A stretch of DNA of 64,000 nucleotides, taken from positions 1 through 64,000 of IMG/VR virus record IMGVR_UViG_3300020183_000040; one strand, 5' to 3'. The notes under the pieces are model-generated. The model had not been told where the DNA came from, made no database searches, and worked only from the letters and a program-made list of their open reading frames with translations. Shown here one piece after another: positions 49,601 through 56,916 of the stretch (within the stretch, counting starts at the first letter, position 1; each line of letters begins with the position of its first letter). Source of the DNA: a virus. Made by a program: the position numbers and the translations under genes.

Positions 49601-50169
49601 GTCTTACAGTAAATACTACAGTTTCTGGAGGAGTCATTACTGGTGTTGCAATCAACCAGGCAGGTTCAGGTTACTTGATTGGAGATTTGATCACTATCCA
49701 AAATCCAAACGAAGGTGGTGTTCTTGCATTCGACTTTACAAGCTTTTCCGCAGGTAATGGATATGTAACTGCAACTGGAGTTCCAACTACGCCTACTGGT
49801 GCATCAGCTGGTACTGGATTGACTGTAAACATTACCGCCCTAAACGGAAACGTTACTAACGTGACTATTGCTAACCCAGGCATTGGATATGAACCAGGAG
49901 ATACGATTTTGATCAATCAGGATGGATCTGATCAGGATGCAACTATTGGCATTGCAACTATAATGACAGACGCCAAATTTACACTAGCAGATATTAGAAC
50001 AATGGAAATAGGTGCAACACTTACAGGAGCTACTAGTGGAACTACTGGCATTATTTCAGCACTGGGTGCCGACAACGTGCTTTTGCATTCTGTTGATGGA
50101 TTCTTCAAAATTGGAGAAACTGTTGGCGCTAATGATGTTACAACTCTAACAATCACTTCATTCTCATAA
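43675..50169 (+). CDS. Long tail fibre protein, 2164 aa
   Basis: N-terminal RIQLRRG..W..NPVLAQGEIG..IKIGDG..WNSL (Mtd/hyaluronidase-type N-terminus); GTYTKLVVDAKGRI; Thr/Gly-rich repeats. Confidence 0.85.
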   Translation: MANRIQLRRGGSQEWRNANPVLAQGEIGIDLDSGRIKIGDGTTAWNSLAYERPVESVANTANSLVQRDADGNFAAGVVTATLIGNASTASRLTNIRQFQLTQDVIASGVFDGSANLNLSAQLQTISTLPHYDGTTSSQGTYTKLVVDAKGRIINASSPTTIQAYGLDTQIEGTGAQPFDNDLRAVSQLTTTGIAIRGGDGQWTTRSILSTAGQIVITNGSGTGGNPQVDLATTTVVNGNYNTESLTSVSAVGPLGEPFGTQTVNTVKYTVDNRGRLQSSTNVPIATATEGSKYPAYEASTVYARYDIIETGNNVYQAIRAIAAGGGAPAHTSSSDTGGWRYLAAAAIEQKGLASFAQEDFDVDSNGHVTIAALGVDNTQLQNNRISFADGTTKEDFELDQELTANTGYRGFNYLNYVKVNDTSGSLLFTANNTANSGAGGVDINVDTNISGANIILDRPGTSPLQTIERTAGDLRIHHNVSSTVNRTLDIISNNAGTGDATINITADNDVVITSTTGTNYVKVEDIWFRANAITSNNSTIIIDPVTEGDNTGTVQIKGNLQIDGITTTVNSTTVTIDDPIITLGGDSVPTVDDNKDRGVEFRYYDSQARLGFFGWDDSYATLAGTTGGYRFLYDATNASEVFSGTDAGVIAGNLALTSNVDSSSATSGTLVVTGGVGISQQLRVGGNATISGNTSISGTLTTTLDSTFNRSVTIVGSDTAATELFKIQNGSAVDKFTVDSATGNTTIQGTLGTTGATTLSSTLGVTGATTLTGNLTTQSASTVNIQNTANSNVNSAIAGTAYASLGTYGALKVDGGASIANSLVVGGSFKVYGQFDVDGAVSYSGNTVFKGNVSIDNDGVSPFKFNISSSTARLDSIGQIVTTNATDSTTTSTGAVIVTGGVGIGAQLRVGGAATITGNTSITGALAVTSNTTLTGNLVANGSATLGDAAADTLTVNATSTFNAPVTVSSSQATSLGGTLTVTELTTLNRGLTLQGSTTAASEFFRITDGAGTPVTKFLVDSATGNTTIEGSVGITGATTLSSTLSVTDNVTLNKNVTIVGSNTAATELFKIQNASAVDKFTVDSSSGNTTIAGTATITSATQINSTLGVTGVTSLTNTTEQTLTGAAYTADGSVRLTGGLGVAKNLAVAGSMRVFGNFEITGSTTQSGNTGFSGRVSISNTDDITTFGDTTVSLSTTGGFRATRNAYIGGDFYVWDNTNSRVAFGVTNSTGAVSTHGNLTVGGNLIVNGTTTTVNSTTITVDDPIITLGGDTAPTSDDNKDRGVEFRYFDSQARLGFFGFDDSSNEFIFLTGATNTNEIYSGTDGTLRAGSIRVTGASGTTFTVDSNATITGTTTSTRYISTTTTLAPLTVNSTTKVTNLNADLLDGLDTSSSDTTGNSVVSRSSGNFSANIITVATGTGAGAGIQGNALTADTLKTARTITVAGVVDGSVSFNGSSNVTITTTFNDADITALAAMAGTGIVTRTAANTYAQRTIVASPSTGSGITVTNGDGVSGNPTINILSSASNSANNLVLRGSSGEFSAGAITATSLTSSGALSVTGITTLNGVLNANGGIAVDGTRFTVADATGNTSIAGTLGVTGATTLSSTLGVTGATTLSSTLGVTGATTLSSTLGVTGVTTLAGVLNANGGIAVDGTAFTVADTTGNTSITGTLAVTGTSTFTGALTATGGVVGNSSTATTLATARTIAISGDGTGTATSFNGSANITIPFTLATQTGLTAGAYTKVTVSTKGLVTAATQAVTTDIAEGTNLYYTNARADARIALQTGANLDLSQKTTTNLTEGTNLYYTNARADARIALQTGANLNLAQKTTTNLAEGTNLYYTNARADARVALQTGTNLDLSQKTTTNLAEGNNLYYTQARFDTAFGNKTTTSLTEGTNLYYTEARVQSKLDDAFAQLQAMLDNLSTSTTLMLNLSGDPTPGVVLALGGLIDNGGGGFVSAGTNVATTSSTGTGLTVNTTVSGGVITGVAINQAGSGYLIGDLITIQNPNEGGVLAFDFTSFSAGNGYVTATGVPTTPTGASAGTGLTVNITALNGNVTNVTIANPGIGYEPGDTILINQDGSDQDATIGIATIMTDAKFTLADIRTMEIGATLTGATSGTTGIISALGADNVLLHSVDGFFKIGETVGANDVTTLTITSFS
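48463..48600 (+). repeat. 36-nt tandem repeats (TLGVTGATTLSS)
   Basis: About 4 units visible in DNA and protein. Confidence 0.85.
48961..49400 (+). repeat. 102-nt tandem repeats (TTNLxEGTNLYYTNARADARIALQTGANLDLSQK)
   Basis: Three full units plus two shorter ones. Confidence 0.85.
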
Positions 50170-50173
50170 AAAA

Positions 50174-50974
50174 ATGTCCGCAACTCAACCAGCCTCTAAA
50201 GCAGAATTGAAGGCATATGCCCTAAGAAGATTGGGGTATCCTGCTATCGACATCAATGTATGTGATGAGCAACTAGATGATCTAATTGCAGAAGCAATTA
50301 GTCAATGGCAAGAGTTTCACTACGAAGGCAATTATACTGGTCTTGTTAGAATTCAAGTTACTGAAGCAATAAAGACTGCTGCTCTTCAATCGACTACTAA
50401 TGGCGCTTGGGAAGAATTAGATAATTATATTGAGATGCCCCCAAACACTTTAGGTATCAACCATGTATATACTACTCTAGGACCAAGTAGTGTAGTGCCT
50501 AATAATATTTTCAATATCAAATATCAGATTTTTCTAAATGATATTTACAATTTTACCCATGGTCAGATTCTTCATTATTTTATGACATCTCAATATCTTG
50601 AGACTCTAGACTGGGTAACTAGTTCTTCTCAACATCGAAGAGTGAGATGGACAGTTCATCAAAATAAATTATACCTAGATTTTGATTGGAGAGATCTCCA
50701 AGTTGGTCAATATATTTTAGTTGAAGCTTCATTTGGAGTTGATCCTGAAGTTTATAATAATGCATATAATAACGAATGGCTGAAGGGATATACTGAGGCA
50801 TTGTTCCAACAACAATGGGGGCAAAATCTTAGTAAATACGATGGTATTCAAATGATTGGCGGCGTAACACTCAACGGTCGTCAAATTTTAGAAGATGGTA
50901 GAAATAAAAAAGAATCCCTAATTCAAGATCTTCATAGTAGATACGAATTACCACCTCTTGATCTAATCGGATGA
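50174..50974 (+). CDS. gp13: Neck protein gp13
   Basis: LKAYALRRLGYPAIDINV; QWGQNLSKYDGIQMIGGVTLNG. Confidence 0.92.
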   Translation: MSATQPASKAELKAYALRRLGYPAIDINVCDEQLDDLIAEAISQWQEFHYEGNYTGLVRIQVTEAIKTAALQSTTNGAWEELDNYIEMPPNTLGINHVYTTLGPSSVVPNNIFNIKYQIFLNDIYNFTHGQILHYFMTSQYLETLDWVTSSSQHRRVRWTVHQNKLYLDFDWRDLQVGQYILVEASFGVDPEVYNNAYNNEWLKGYTEALFQQQWGQNLSKYDGIQMIGGVTLNGRQILEDGRNKKESLIQDLHSRYELPPLDLIG

Positions 50975-52140
50975 CTTACTCAAATACTCCACCAAAAAAC
51001 TGTATTCAGTCAGATTATAACAGTACATGTAGGATCAATATAAATGGTTCTGCTCAGGAGCAGACATTTATAGAAAATCTTATAGTTGAGAGTATTGAAA
51101 TTTATGGTCAAGAAATCTATTATATCCCAAGAACTAGAGTAAAAACTGATGACATTCTCAACGAAATTCAAGCAAGTAGTTTCAATTCTGCTTACTCCTG
51201 TAGAGCCTACGTCAATAATGTTGAAGGATGGGAGGGACAAGGCGAATTACTTAGCAAATTTGGAGTACGTATCGAAGATAAAACGACGTTTGTTATTTCC
51301 CGCAAAAAATTTACTCAAAAGGTTGACAACAATGTAGCTCTTGCTGTAGAAGGTAGACCAAATGAAGGAGACCTTATCTGGTTCCCTGTTGCAAAACATT
51401 TGTTTGAAATCAAATTTGTAGAGGCAGAAAGACCATTCTATCAACTTGGTAAAGGATATGTTTGGGAAATGCAATGTGAACTATTTGAATATTCTGATGA
51501 GAAGATTGATACTGGAGTTACTGAAATAGATTCAATTGAAACTGCATTTGCTCATACTATATCACTTATTATGGATCCTGGTGGTATTGGTAACTTCACA
51601 GTTGGAGAAGAGATTGTTGGTGATGAGTTCCTTGCAAAAGCAACAGCAACAATTACTAGCGGCGCTGTAAGTAGCACAACACTCAGCGATGGTGGAGAAC
51701 ACTACAATCCAGCAATCCCACCAGCTGTTACATTCTCAGCACCTCCTTCGCCTGGTACACGAGCTACAGGAACTGCAACAGTATCTGCAAATGGTATTGT
51801 AACTGGTATTACGCTAACCAATCCTGGAAGTGGTTACACGTCTGCTCCTACAGTTACGATTGATTACTCACCAAAAGATAACAGGGCAGAAGTCAAGTCT
51901 TGGAATCCAACAACTCGTGCTCTAGAAGTCATCAATAGAACTGGTACATTCACTACTGCTGAAACAATTACTGGTCTTACATCTAACGCAAAATGGAGTC
52001 CATATTCTTATAACACACTAAATAATACAAACAGTACTTATGATAAGAACTCTGAGTATGAAATTGCCGATGATAGTATCATCGATTTTACAGAAACAAA
52101 TCCTTTTGGAAGTGTTGGATCTACTAGCGGTACATTCTGA
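50971..52140 (+). CDS. gp14: Neck protein gp14, with an inserted beta repeat
   Basis: ESIEIYGQEIYYIPR; LSKFGV; RPNEGDLIWFP; PFYQLGK; DFTETNPFG. Confidence 0.92.
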   Translation: MTYSNTPPKNCIQSDYNSTCRININGSAQEQTFIENLIVESIEIYGQEIYYIPRTRVKTDDILNEIQASSFNSAYSCRAYVNNVEGWEGQGELLSKFGVRIEDKTTFVISRKKFTQKVDNNVALAVEGRPNEGDLIWFPVAKHLFEIKFVEAERPFYQLGKGYVWEMQCELFEYSDEKIDTGVTEIDSIETAFAHTISLIMDPGGIGNFTVGEEIVGDEFLAKATATITSGAVSSTTLSDGGEHYNPAIPPAVTFSAPPSPGTRATGTATVSANGIVTGITLTNPGSGYTSAPTVTIDYSPKDNRAEVKSWNPTTRALEVINRTGTFTTAETITGLTSNAKWSPYSYNTLNNTNSTYDKNSEYEIADDSIIDFTETNPFGSVGSTSGTF

Positions 52141-52973
52141 TGTTAGGAAATTATTTTTATCATTCAATTATTCGTAAAACAGTTGTTGCTTTTGGAACAC
52201 TATTCAACAACATTGAAATTCGTCGTCAAAACGAAGTTATGAAAGTGCCGCTTGCTTATGGACCTACAGATAAGTTTTTGGCAAGATTGAATCAAAATCC
52301 AGATCCTACTAATAAAAGAGTTCAAATTACTCTGCCAAGAATTTCGTTTGAAATGACAAACATTGATTATGATCCTTCTAGAAAAGTAGCACCAACAAAT
52401 AAAATAAAAATTCCAAATGCAGATGATGATTCTAAGACTGCATACATGCCAGTTCCATATAATCTAGAATTTGAATTAGGTATTATTGCAAAATCTCAAG
52501 ATGATTCTTTACAAATCATTGAACAAATTCTCCCATACTTTCAACCACATTTCAATCTCAGTATCAAATTGATTGAGGATATCAATGAGATTCGTGATAT
52601 TCCAATTACACTCAATAATATTAGTTACGAAGATAGTTATGAAGGAGAGTTTGCTACTCGCAGAGCTCTAATTTATACTCTGAAATTTACTGCAAAGACA
52701 TATCTTTATGGTCCTGTTATCGATGCTCCAACTATCAAGAAAGCAATCGTTGATAGTTACACATCTATGGAGCAAATAACTGCTCCTCGTGTCACCAGAT
52801 ATACAGTTACTCCAAAGGCAAAGGTTGATTATAATAACGATGGATCTATAAATGCTTCTGATGATCCATTTACAGATCCAGATGATGATTTTGGATTCAA
52901 CGAATTATTTGCAACGTTCCAAGACAATAAAAAACGTAATCCAGTGACAGGATCTGATGAGGATATCCCATGA
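52140..52973 (+). CDS. gp15: Tail sheath stabiliser/terminator gp15
   Basis: YFYHSIIRKTVVAFGTLFNNI; KVPLAYGP; QIIEQILPYFQP. Confidence 0.93.
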   Translation: MLGNYFYHSIIRKTVVAFGTLFNNIEIRRQNEVMKVPLAYGPTDKFLARLNQNPDPTNKRVQITLPRISFEMTNIDYDPSRKVAPTNKIKIPNADDDSKTAYMPVPYNLEFELGIIAKSQDDSLQIIEQILPYFQPHFNLSIKLIEDINEIRDIPITLNNISYEDSYEGEFATRRALIYTLKFTAKTYLYGPVIDAPTIKKAIVDSYTSMEQITAPRVTRYTVTPKAKVDYNNDGSINASDDPFTDPDDDFGFNELFATFQDNKKRNPVTGSDEDIP

Positions 52974-53398
52974 CTACATTTGATGGACTAAATGATGTGT
53001 TTGGAACAGAACCAACAGAAGTAAAAAAATATGAAGATCAAAAAATGATTGTGAAAAAAAGTGAGCATGTTGATGTTCGCCAAGACTATGAAATCACTCG
53101 TGCTCAACTACATAATCTTGTTATGAAAGGGCAGGAGGCTGTTGATGGGATACTTGATGTAGCGCGGTCATCAGATCATCCTCGTGCTTATGAAGTTGCT
53201 GGTCAACTTATCAAAAGTGTTGGAGATGTAGCTGATAAACTTTTAGATCTTCAGAAAAAAATGAAAGATCTTGATGATGAACCAAAGAAAGGTCCAAGCA
53301 ATGTAACTAATGCCCTGTTTGTCGGTAGCACTGCAGAATTGCAAAAGCTACTAAAACAGCAAAATAGAATAAATAATACAGAACAAGAAGGCGTCTAA
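52970..53398 (+). CDS. gp16: Terminase small subunit gp16
   Basis: DYEITR..L; HPRAYEVAGQLIK; NALFVGSTAELQKLL. Confidence 0.93.
   Translation: MTTFDGLNDVFGTEPTEVKKYEDQKMIVKKSEHVDVRQDYEITRAQLHNLVMKGQEAVDGILDVARSSDHPRAYEVAGQLIKSVGDVADKLLDLQKKMKDLDDEPKKGPSNVTNALFVGSTAELQKLLKQQNRINNTEQEGV
53368..53375 (+). promoter_or_regulatory. Late promoter variant AATAAATA within the end of gp16
   Basis: Ends 25 nt upstream of ATG 53401. Confidence 0.5.
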
Positions 53399-53400
53399 TC

Positions 53401-53676
53401 ATGTCAAGAAGAATTATTGTGCAAAATAGTGAGGTAACTCTCAGTACAGCTACTAATCTAAGTAAGGCAAGATTGGTAAGAGTGTTGAACGATACCGCTG
53501 CAAGCATTGTTCTAACGATTGATGATGCTGCACAGGCAGCTGCTAGAGAAGATTACGATACAAAAGGTTCTAGAACTATTACAGTTGGATCACTAGAAAC
53601 TATCTATCTTGAGAAAGAACCATTGGAAACTATCAGTGGTTCTGGACTAAAATGTACAGCAATTGCAAGACAATGA
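53401..53676 (+). CDS. Hypothetical protein, 91 aa
   Basis: ORF track; ATGA coupling to the next gene. Confidence 0.75.
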   Translation: MSRRIIVQNSEVTLSTATNLSKARLVRVLNDTAASIVLTIDDAAQAAAREDYDTKGSRTITVGSLETIYLEKEPLETISGSGLKCTAIARQ

Positions 53677-54974
53677 AAACATTTTCCGAGTTTATGGCAG
53701 AGGGTAATCCTACCGCTCGTATGCTTCACAAATCAAAAACTCAAGTCACAGGGCACATCTCTGCCGATCGTGGCGATGATGAAAGTGCAAATCGTACAAA
53801 GCGCAAATCACTTGAGAAAGATCTAAAGAAGCATGGTATTGGGCATCAGAAGGGTGTAGGTGAATACAAATATTCTTCTGGTGAGGGCACTGGTAGAGAG
53901 GTTTCCTATCAAACATCTAAACCAGATAAAATGTCTAAGCGTAGATTTGGAAAGGTAATGCGTCGTCTTGGTCGTAAGCATGGTCAAGAATCTGTTATCA
54001 CAAAAGATTCCAACAAACCTGCTAAACTACATTATACTGATAAAGGATCTAAATCAACATCTGACACTATTGGTCATAGTAAATCAGGTAAGCACCCAGA
54101 AGGATATGGGGAAACTTCGGGCACTAAAGTTCGTGGTTCTAAACTTCCTAAGAAAACCACTAAGTCTGCTTATCACTACGAAGAATTTGTTGAAGAGGGA
54201 TTGAGAAAAAGACTTGCTGCTGGTGCATTAGCTGCCGCAGCTGCAGTTGGATCTGGCGGTGCGGCAAAAGCAGGTCATCATCATGGTGAGGTTCATGTTC
54301 GTCATGGTTCTACTCCTGCAACTGCCACTCATCATTCTGTAGCAAGTGCAGTTGATAAGGCACTTGCAAATAAAGATAGTAGTGGTGGAAAGGAGTTTCA
54401 TTCTGCATCTCATGAGAAGGGCAAAACTGGAACAACTGTTCATGGAAAGTATGAGTATTCTGCTTCTGGCGGTTCAGATAATAAAAAAGCAACAGAGGCT
54501 CCTAAACCAAAACGAGGAGAAGATTCTCGTAAACGTGGTAAGCATGATCCGTCAAGGGGGTCAGCGCCAGCAGTTCGTTCTACAACACATAGTCCTGAGC
54601 GAGATCGAGCTCAGCATGGTGATCGGGGCAATGGCAATGGTCATCGGAGCAATGGTAGTGGCGGTGACCGTGGCGGCGGATCAACTTACCGTATGAGCAG
54701 TTATATTCCTTCCTTTGGAGACTTCATGTCGGAAGGAGAAGCTTGGACTAGAAAGGAGGGTCAGAATAAAAATGGTGGTCTCAACGCAGCAGGTCGCGCA
54801 TCTTACGAAAGAGCAAATCCTGGATCTGATCTCAAGGCACCTTCAAAGAAGGTTGGAAATCCCCGCAGGGCGTCATTCTGTGCCAGAATGAAAGGAATGC
54901 GTAAAAGACAAAAGGATAGTAACAACACTGGCGAGGACCGTCTATCGAAATCGCTTCGTGCGTGGAATTGTTGA
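53673..54974 (+). CDS. Probable internal head (poly)protein: capsid-targeting-like N-terminus, SAM-lyase-like domain, His-rich middle, basic C-terminal domain (DUF6321-like)
   Basis: ATG 53673 gives MKTFSEFMAE; ISADR...GEYKY...EVS...QESVI; AWTRKEG..GGLN..GRASY...RRASFCARM...W.C. Confidence 0.65.
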   Translation: MKTFSEFMAEGNPTARMLHKSKTQVTGHISADRGDDESANRTKRKSLEKDLKKHGIGHQKGVGEYKYSSGEGTGREVSYQTSKPDKMSKRRFGKVMRRLGRKHGQESVITKDSNKPAKLHYTDKGSKSTSDTIGHSKSGKHPEGYGETSGTKVRGSKLPKKTTKSAYHYEEFVEEGLRKRLAAGALAAAAAVGSGGAAKAGHHHGEVHVRHGSTPATATHHSVASAVDKALANKDSSGGKEFHSASHEKGKTGTTVHGKYEYSASGGSDNKKATEAPKPKRGEDSRKRGKHDPSRGSAPAVRSTTHSPERDRAQHGDRGNGNGHRSNGSGGDRGGGSTYRMSSYIPSFGDFMSEGEAWTRKEGQNKNGGLNAAGRASYERANPGSDLKAPSKKVGNPRRASFCARMKGMRKRQKDSNNTGEDRLSKSLRAWNC

Positions 54975-55083
54975 TGAGCAATATTTATCAGTAAGTAAAC
55001 ACATACTTATCAAATTAGAACTTATTGTAACAATTTTTTTTGGTAAATAGTAGTATAATTTTGTAGCAACTTGATACTTCCTT

Positions 55084-55302
55084 ATGGTAACGTACTACTG
55101 CACAGTAATAACACTCATTGCGATGATCTGGCTCTGGGGTCTAGACGGCACAGAAAGATTATTCCTATATGTAGATTTTCAAATTAGATATTTTGGTCTA
55201 AAAATGAGATTGTGGAAAAGAGCGCGAAGGTTAGAAAAGGAACTTTCTATTCCACAAACATCATTTATAAAATTCTTAGAGGACTATAATAATGGAAAAT
55301 AA
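55084..55302 (+). CDS. Small membrane hypothetical protein
   Basis: ORF track; hydrophobic N-terminus. Confidence 0.65.
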   Translation: MVTYYCTVITLIAMIWLWGLDGTERLFLYVDFQIRYFGLKMRLWKRARRLEKELSIPQTSFIKFLEDYNNGK

Positions 55303-55543
55303 AGAACTGTCCGATCTATCAATTGATAGACAGGAATGTTTGAGATGTGGAGCAATCTGGTTGAATGGTCAGCATTATTGGTCTGGCACTGGTAAGTTGG
55401 GAGATCCTCATGATCTTGCTGGATTAGTTTGTAATATGGTCAACGATAAAAATTGTATAAATCCTTGTAAAGGATCTACAAGTGGAGTAACATGGGTAGA
55501 TCGTTGGCAAAAATTGGAGAAACTTGAGTGGCCCACAGAATGA
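55292..55543 (+). CDS. Cys-containing hypothetical protein (CxxC..HYW..LAGLVC..CINPC)
   Basis: ORF track; GAGGA upstream. Confidence 0.75.
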   Translation: MENKELSDLSIDRQECLRCGAIWLNGQHYWSGTGKLGDPHDLAGLVCNMVNDKNCINPCKGSTSGVTWVDRWQKLEKLEWPTE

Positions 55544-55746
55544 ATCAAATACATCCAGAACATCATGTTACTCACAAAGAATGTCAGGAGATGATTGATG
55601 CTGCTATTAGAAAGCATAATAGAAATGCATCAATCATCTCCATGTTCGTCGGTTGGTTTGTCCTTGCTTTATTTGCTGAAGGACTCCTAAGACTTATAGG
55701 CGTTATTCCACCACTACTACCATGGCTCAACATTACCCTGAAATAA
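55540..55746 (+). CDS. Small membrane protein (ECQEMIDAAIRKHNRNASIISM...)
   Basis: In-frame ATG 55540 (ATGA overlap); C-terminal transmembrane segment. Confidence 0.7.
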   Translation: MNQIHPEHHVTHKECQEMIDAAIRKHNRNASIISMFVGWFVLALFAEGLLRLIGVIPPLLPWLNITLK

Positions 55747-55913
55747 TTGGGGTCTCACTCTTACTAATATTTCTTGCTACAATGACCTATCATGGGATCA
55801 TGATTCACAAAGGTTTGCGTGGATATAGAAATCATGCAAGGGAAGAACACGAATCTGAGCAGATGCGTCGAAGAATCGAAGACCTAATGAATGAAAAAAT
55901 ACATTCGAAATAA
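55722..55913 (+). CDS. Small membrane protein, 63 aa
   Basis: ORF track; N-terminal transmembrane segment. Confidence 0.6.
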   Translation: MAQHYPEIIGVSLLLIFLATMTYHGIMIHKGLRGYRNHAREEHESEQMRRRIEDLMNEKIHSK

Positions 55914-55918
55914 ATATC

Positions 55919-56047
55919 ATGCCAAGTAATTTTCCGTGGGGTGTAATTGCTATCCTTAGTGTGGGACTGAGTTTCACTCTATATGTGATCGTATATATAC
56001 TTCGTATTGCATATTTGGAGATGCAAGATGGCAAAAAGCCCAAATAA
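55919..56047 (+). CDS. Small membrane protein, 42 aa (MPSNFPWGVIAILSVG...)
   Basis: Translated by hand; AATAAATA just upstream. Confidence 0.6.
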   Translation: MPSNFPWGVIAILSVGLSFTLYVIVYILRIAYLEMQDGKKPK

Positions 56048-56144
56048 AGGTAAGAAAGGTTCTCCTGGAGGACAAAAAAATTCCAAGCAAAATCAGGGAA
56101 ATGCCACAGCTAGAAAAGCAAAAAACGGTGGTAAAAAGAAATGA
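56028..56144 (+). CDS. Small Lys/Gly-rich basic protein, 38 aa (MAKSPNKGKKG...KNGGKKK)
   Basis: Translated by hand; GGAG upstream; ATGA coupling to the next ORF. Confidence 0.6.
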   Translation: MAKSPNKGKKGSPGGQKNSKQNQGNATARKAKNGGKKK

Positions 56145-56353
56145 AGAACCTAGCAATCATTCTGTCAGCAACAAGTCTGGCAGTTAGTGGAGCATTGTGT
56201 TATGGTGCTTACGTAACCTATCAGAAAGCACAGAAGATTCTGGACAATCCAGAGGCGTTTGTCGGTGCTGTTGTGGAGAAACAAGTCAATAAAGCATTTG
56301 AGAAACTACCTATTCCCAAACTAAATACTAAAGAGTTTAGGTTGCCTTTCTAA
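56141..56353 (+). CDS. Small membrane-anchored protein, 70 aa
   Basis: ORF track. Confidence 0.7.
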   Translation: MKNLAIILSATSLAVSGALCYGAYVTYQKAQKILDNPEAFVGAVVEKQVNKAFEKLPIPKLNTKEFRLPF

Positions 56354-56508
56354 TGAATTATATTGCATTCTTGGTTATTGGATTGGTAGAAATCGGTCCT
56401 AATGTATGTAAAGTTGATTACATGCGTTATGTTGATGTGCAATCCTTTACGATGCCTTGCGATCATATTCAAAAAATTACAAAAGCTCCAGTGGATAGAT
56501 CGATATGA
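56353..56508 (+). CDS. Hypothetical protein, 51 aa (MNYIAFLVIGLVEIGPNVC...)
   Basis: Translated by hand; TAATG and ATGA coupling on either side. Confidence 0.6.
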   Translation: MNYIAFLVIGLVEIGPNVCKVDYMRYVDVQSFTMPCDHIQKITKAPVDRSI

Positions 56509-56909
56509 AAGACCCCTATATCTACAGAATCCGTTCAATTGCAAAGGTGGTAGATGGCGACACTATTGACGCTAACATTGATCTCGGTTTTGATATCTCT
56601 CTCAATAAGCGAATTCGCCTTGCGGGCATTGACACGCCTGAGAGCAGGACAAAAGACGAATACGAAAAGAAACTCGGACTCGAATCGAAAGAGTGGTTGA
56701 AGAAGCATCTGGAGGGATCTAAAGATATTCTTATCAAGACTGAACTTCCAGATAGCACAGAGAAGTATGGTCGTATCATCGGACACTTGTATATCAACGG
56801 TGAAGAAATATCAGTCAATAATAAAATGATCAACGAAGGATACGCCTGGGAATATGACGGTGGTACAAAACAAAAAGATTTTTGGTCTCTTCTAAGTAAA
56901 AGAAAGTGA
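56505..56909 (+). CDS. Thermonuclease (staphylococcal nuclease-like) family protein
   Basis: KVVDGDTID; RIRLAGIDTPE; KYGRIIG; MINEGYA. Confidence 0.9.
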   Translation: MKDPYIYRIRSIAKVVDGDTIDANIDLGFDISLNKRIRLAGIDTPESRTKDEYEKKLGLESKEWLKKHLEGSKDILIKTELPDSTEKYGRIIGHLYINGEEISVNNKMINEGYAWEYDGGTKQKDFWSLLSKRK

Positions 56910-56916
56910 AAAAATT

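Noticed and set aside
55211-55256. TGTGGAAAA and TATTCCACA as a second DnaA-box site
   Set aside because: Only one exact match, inside a coding region, which is compatible with chance.
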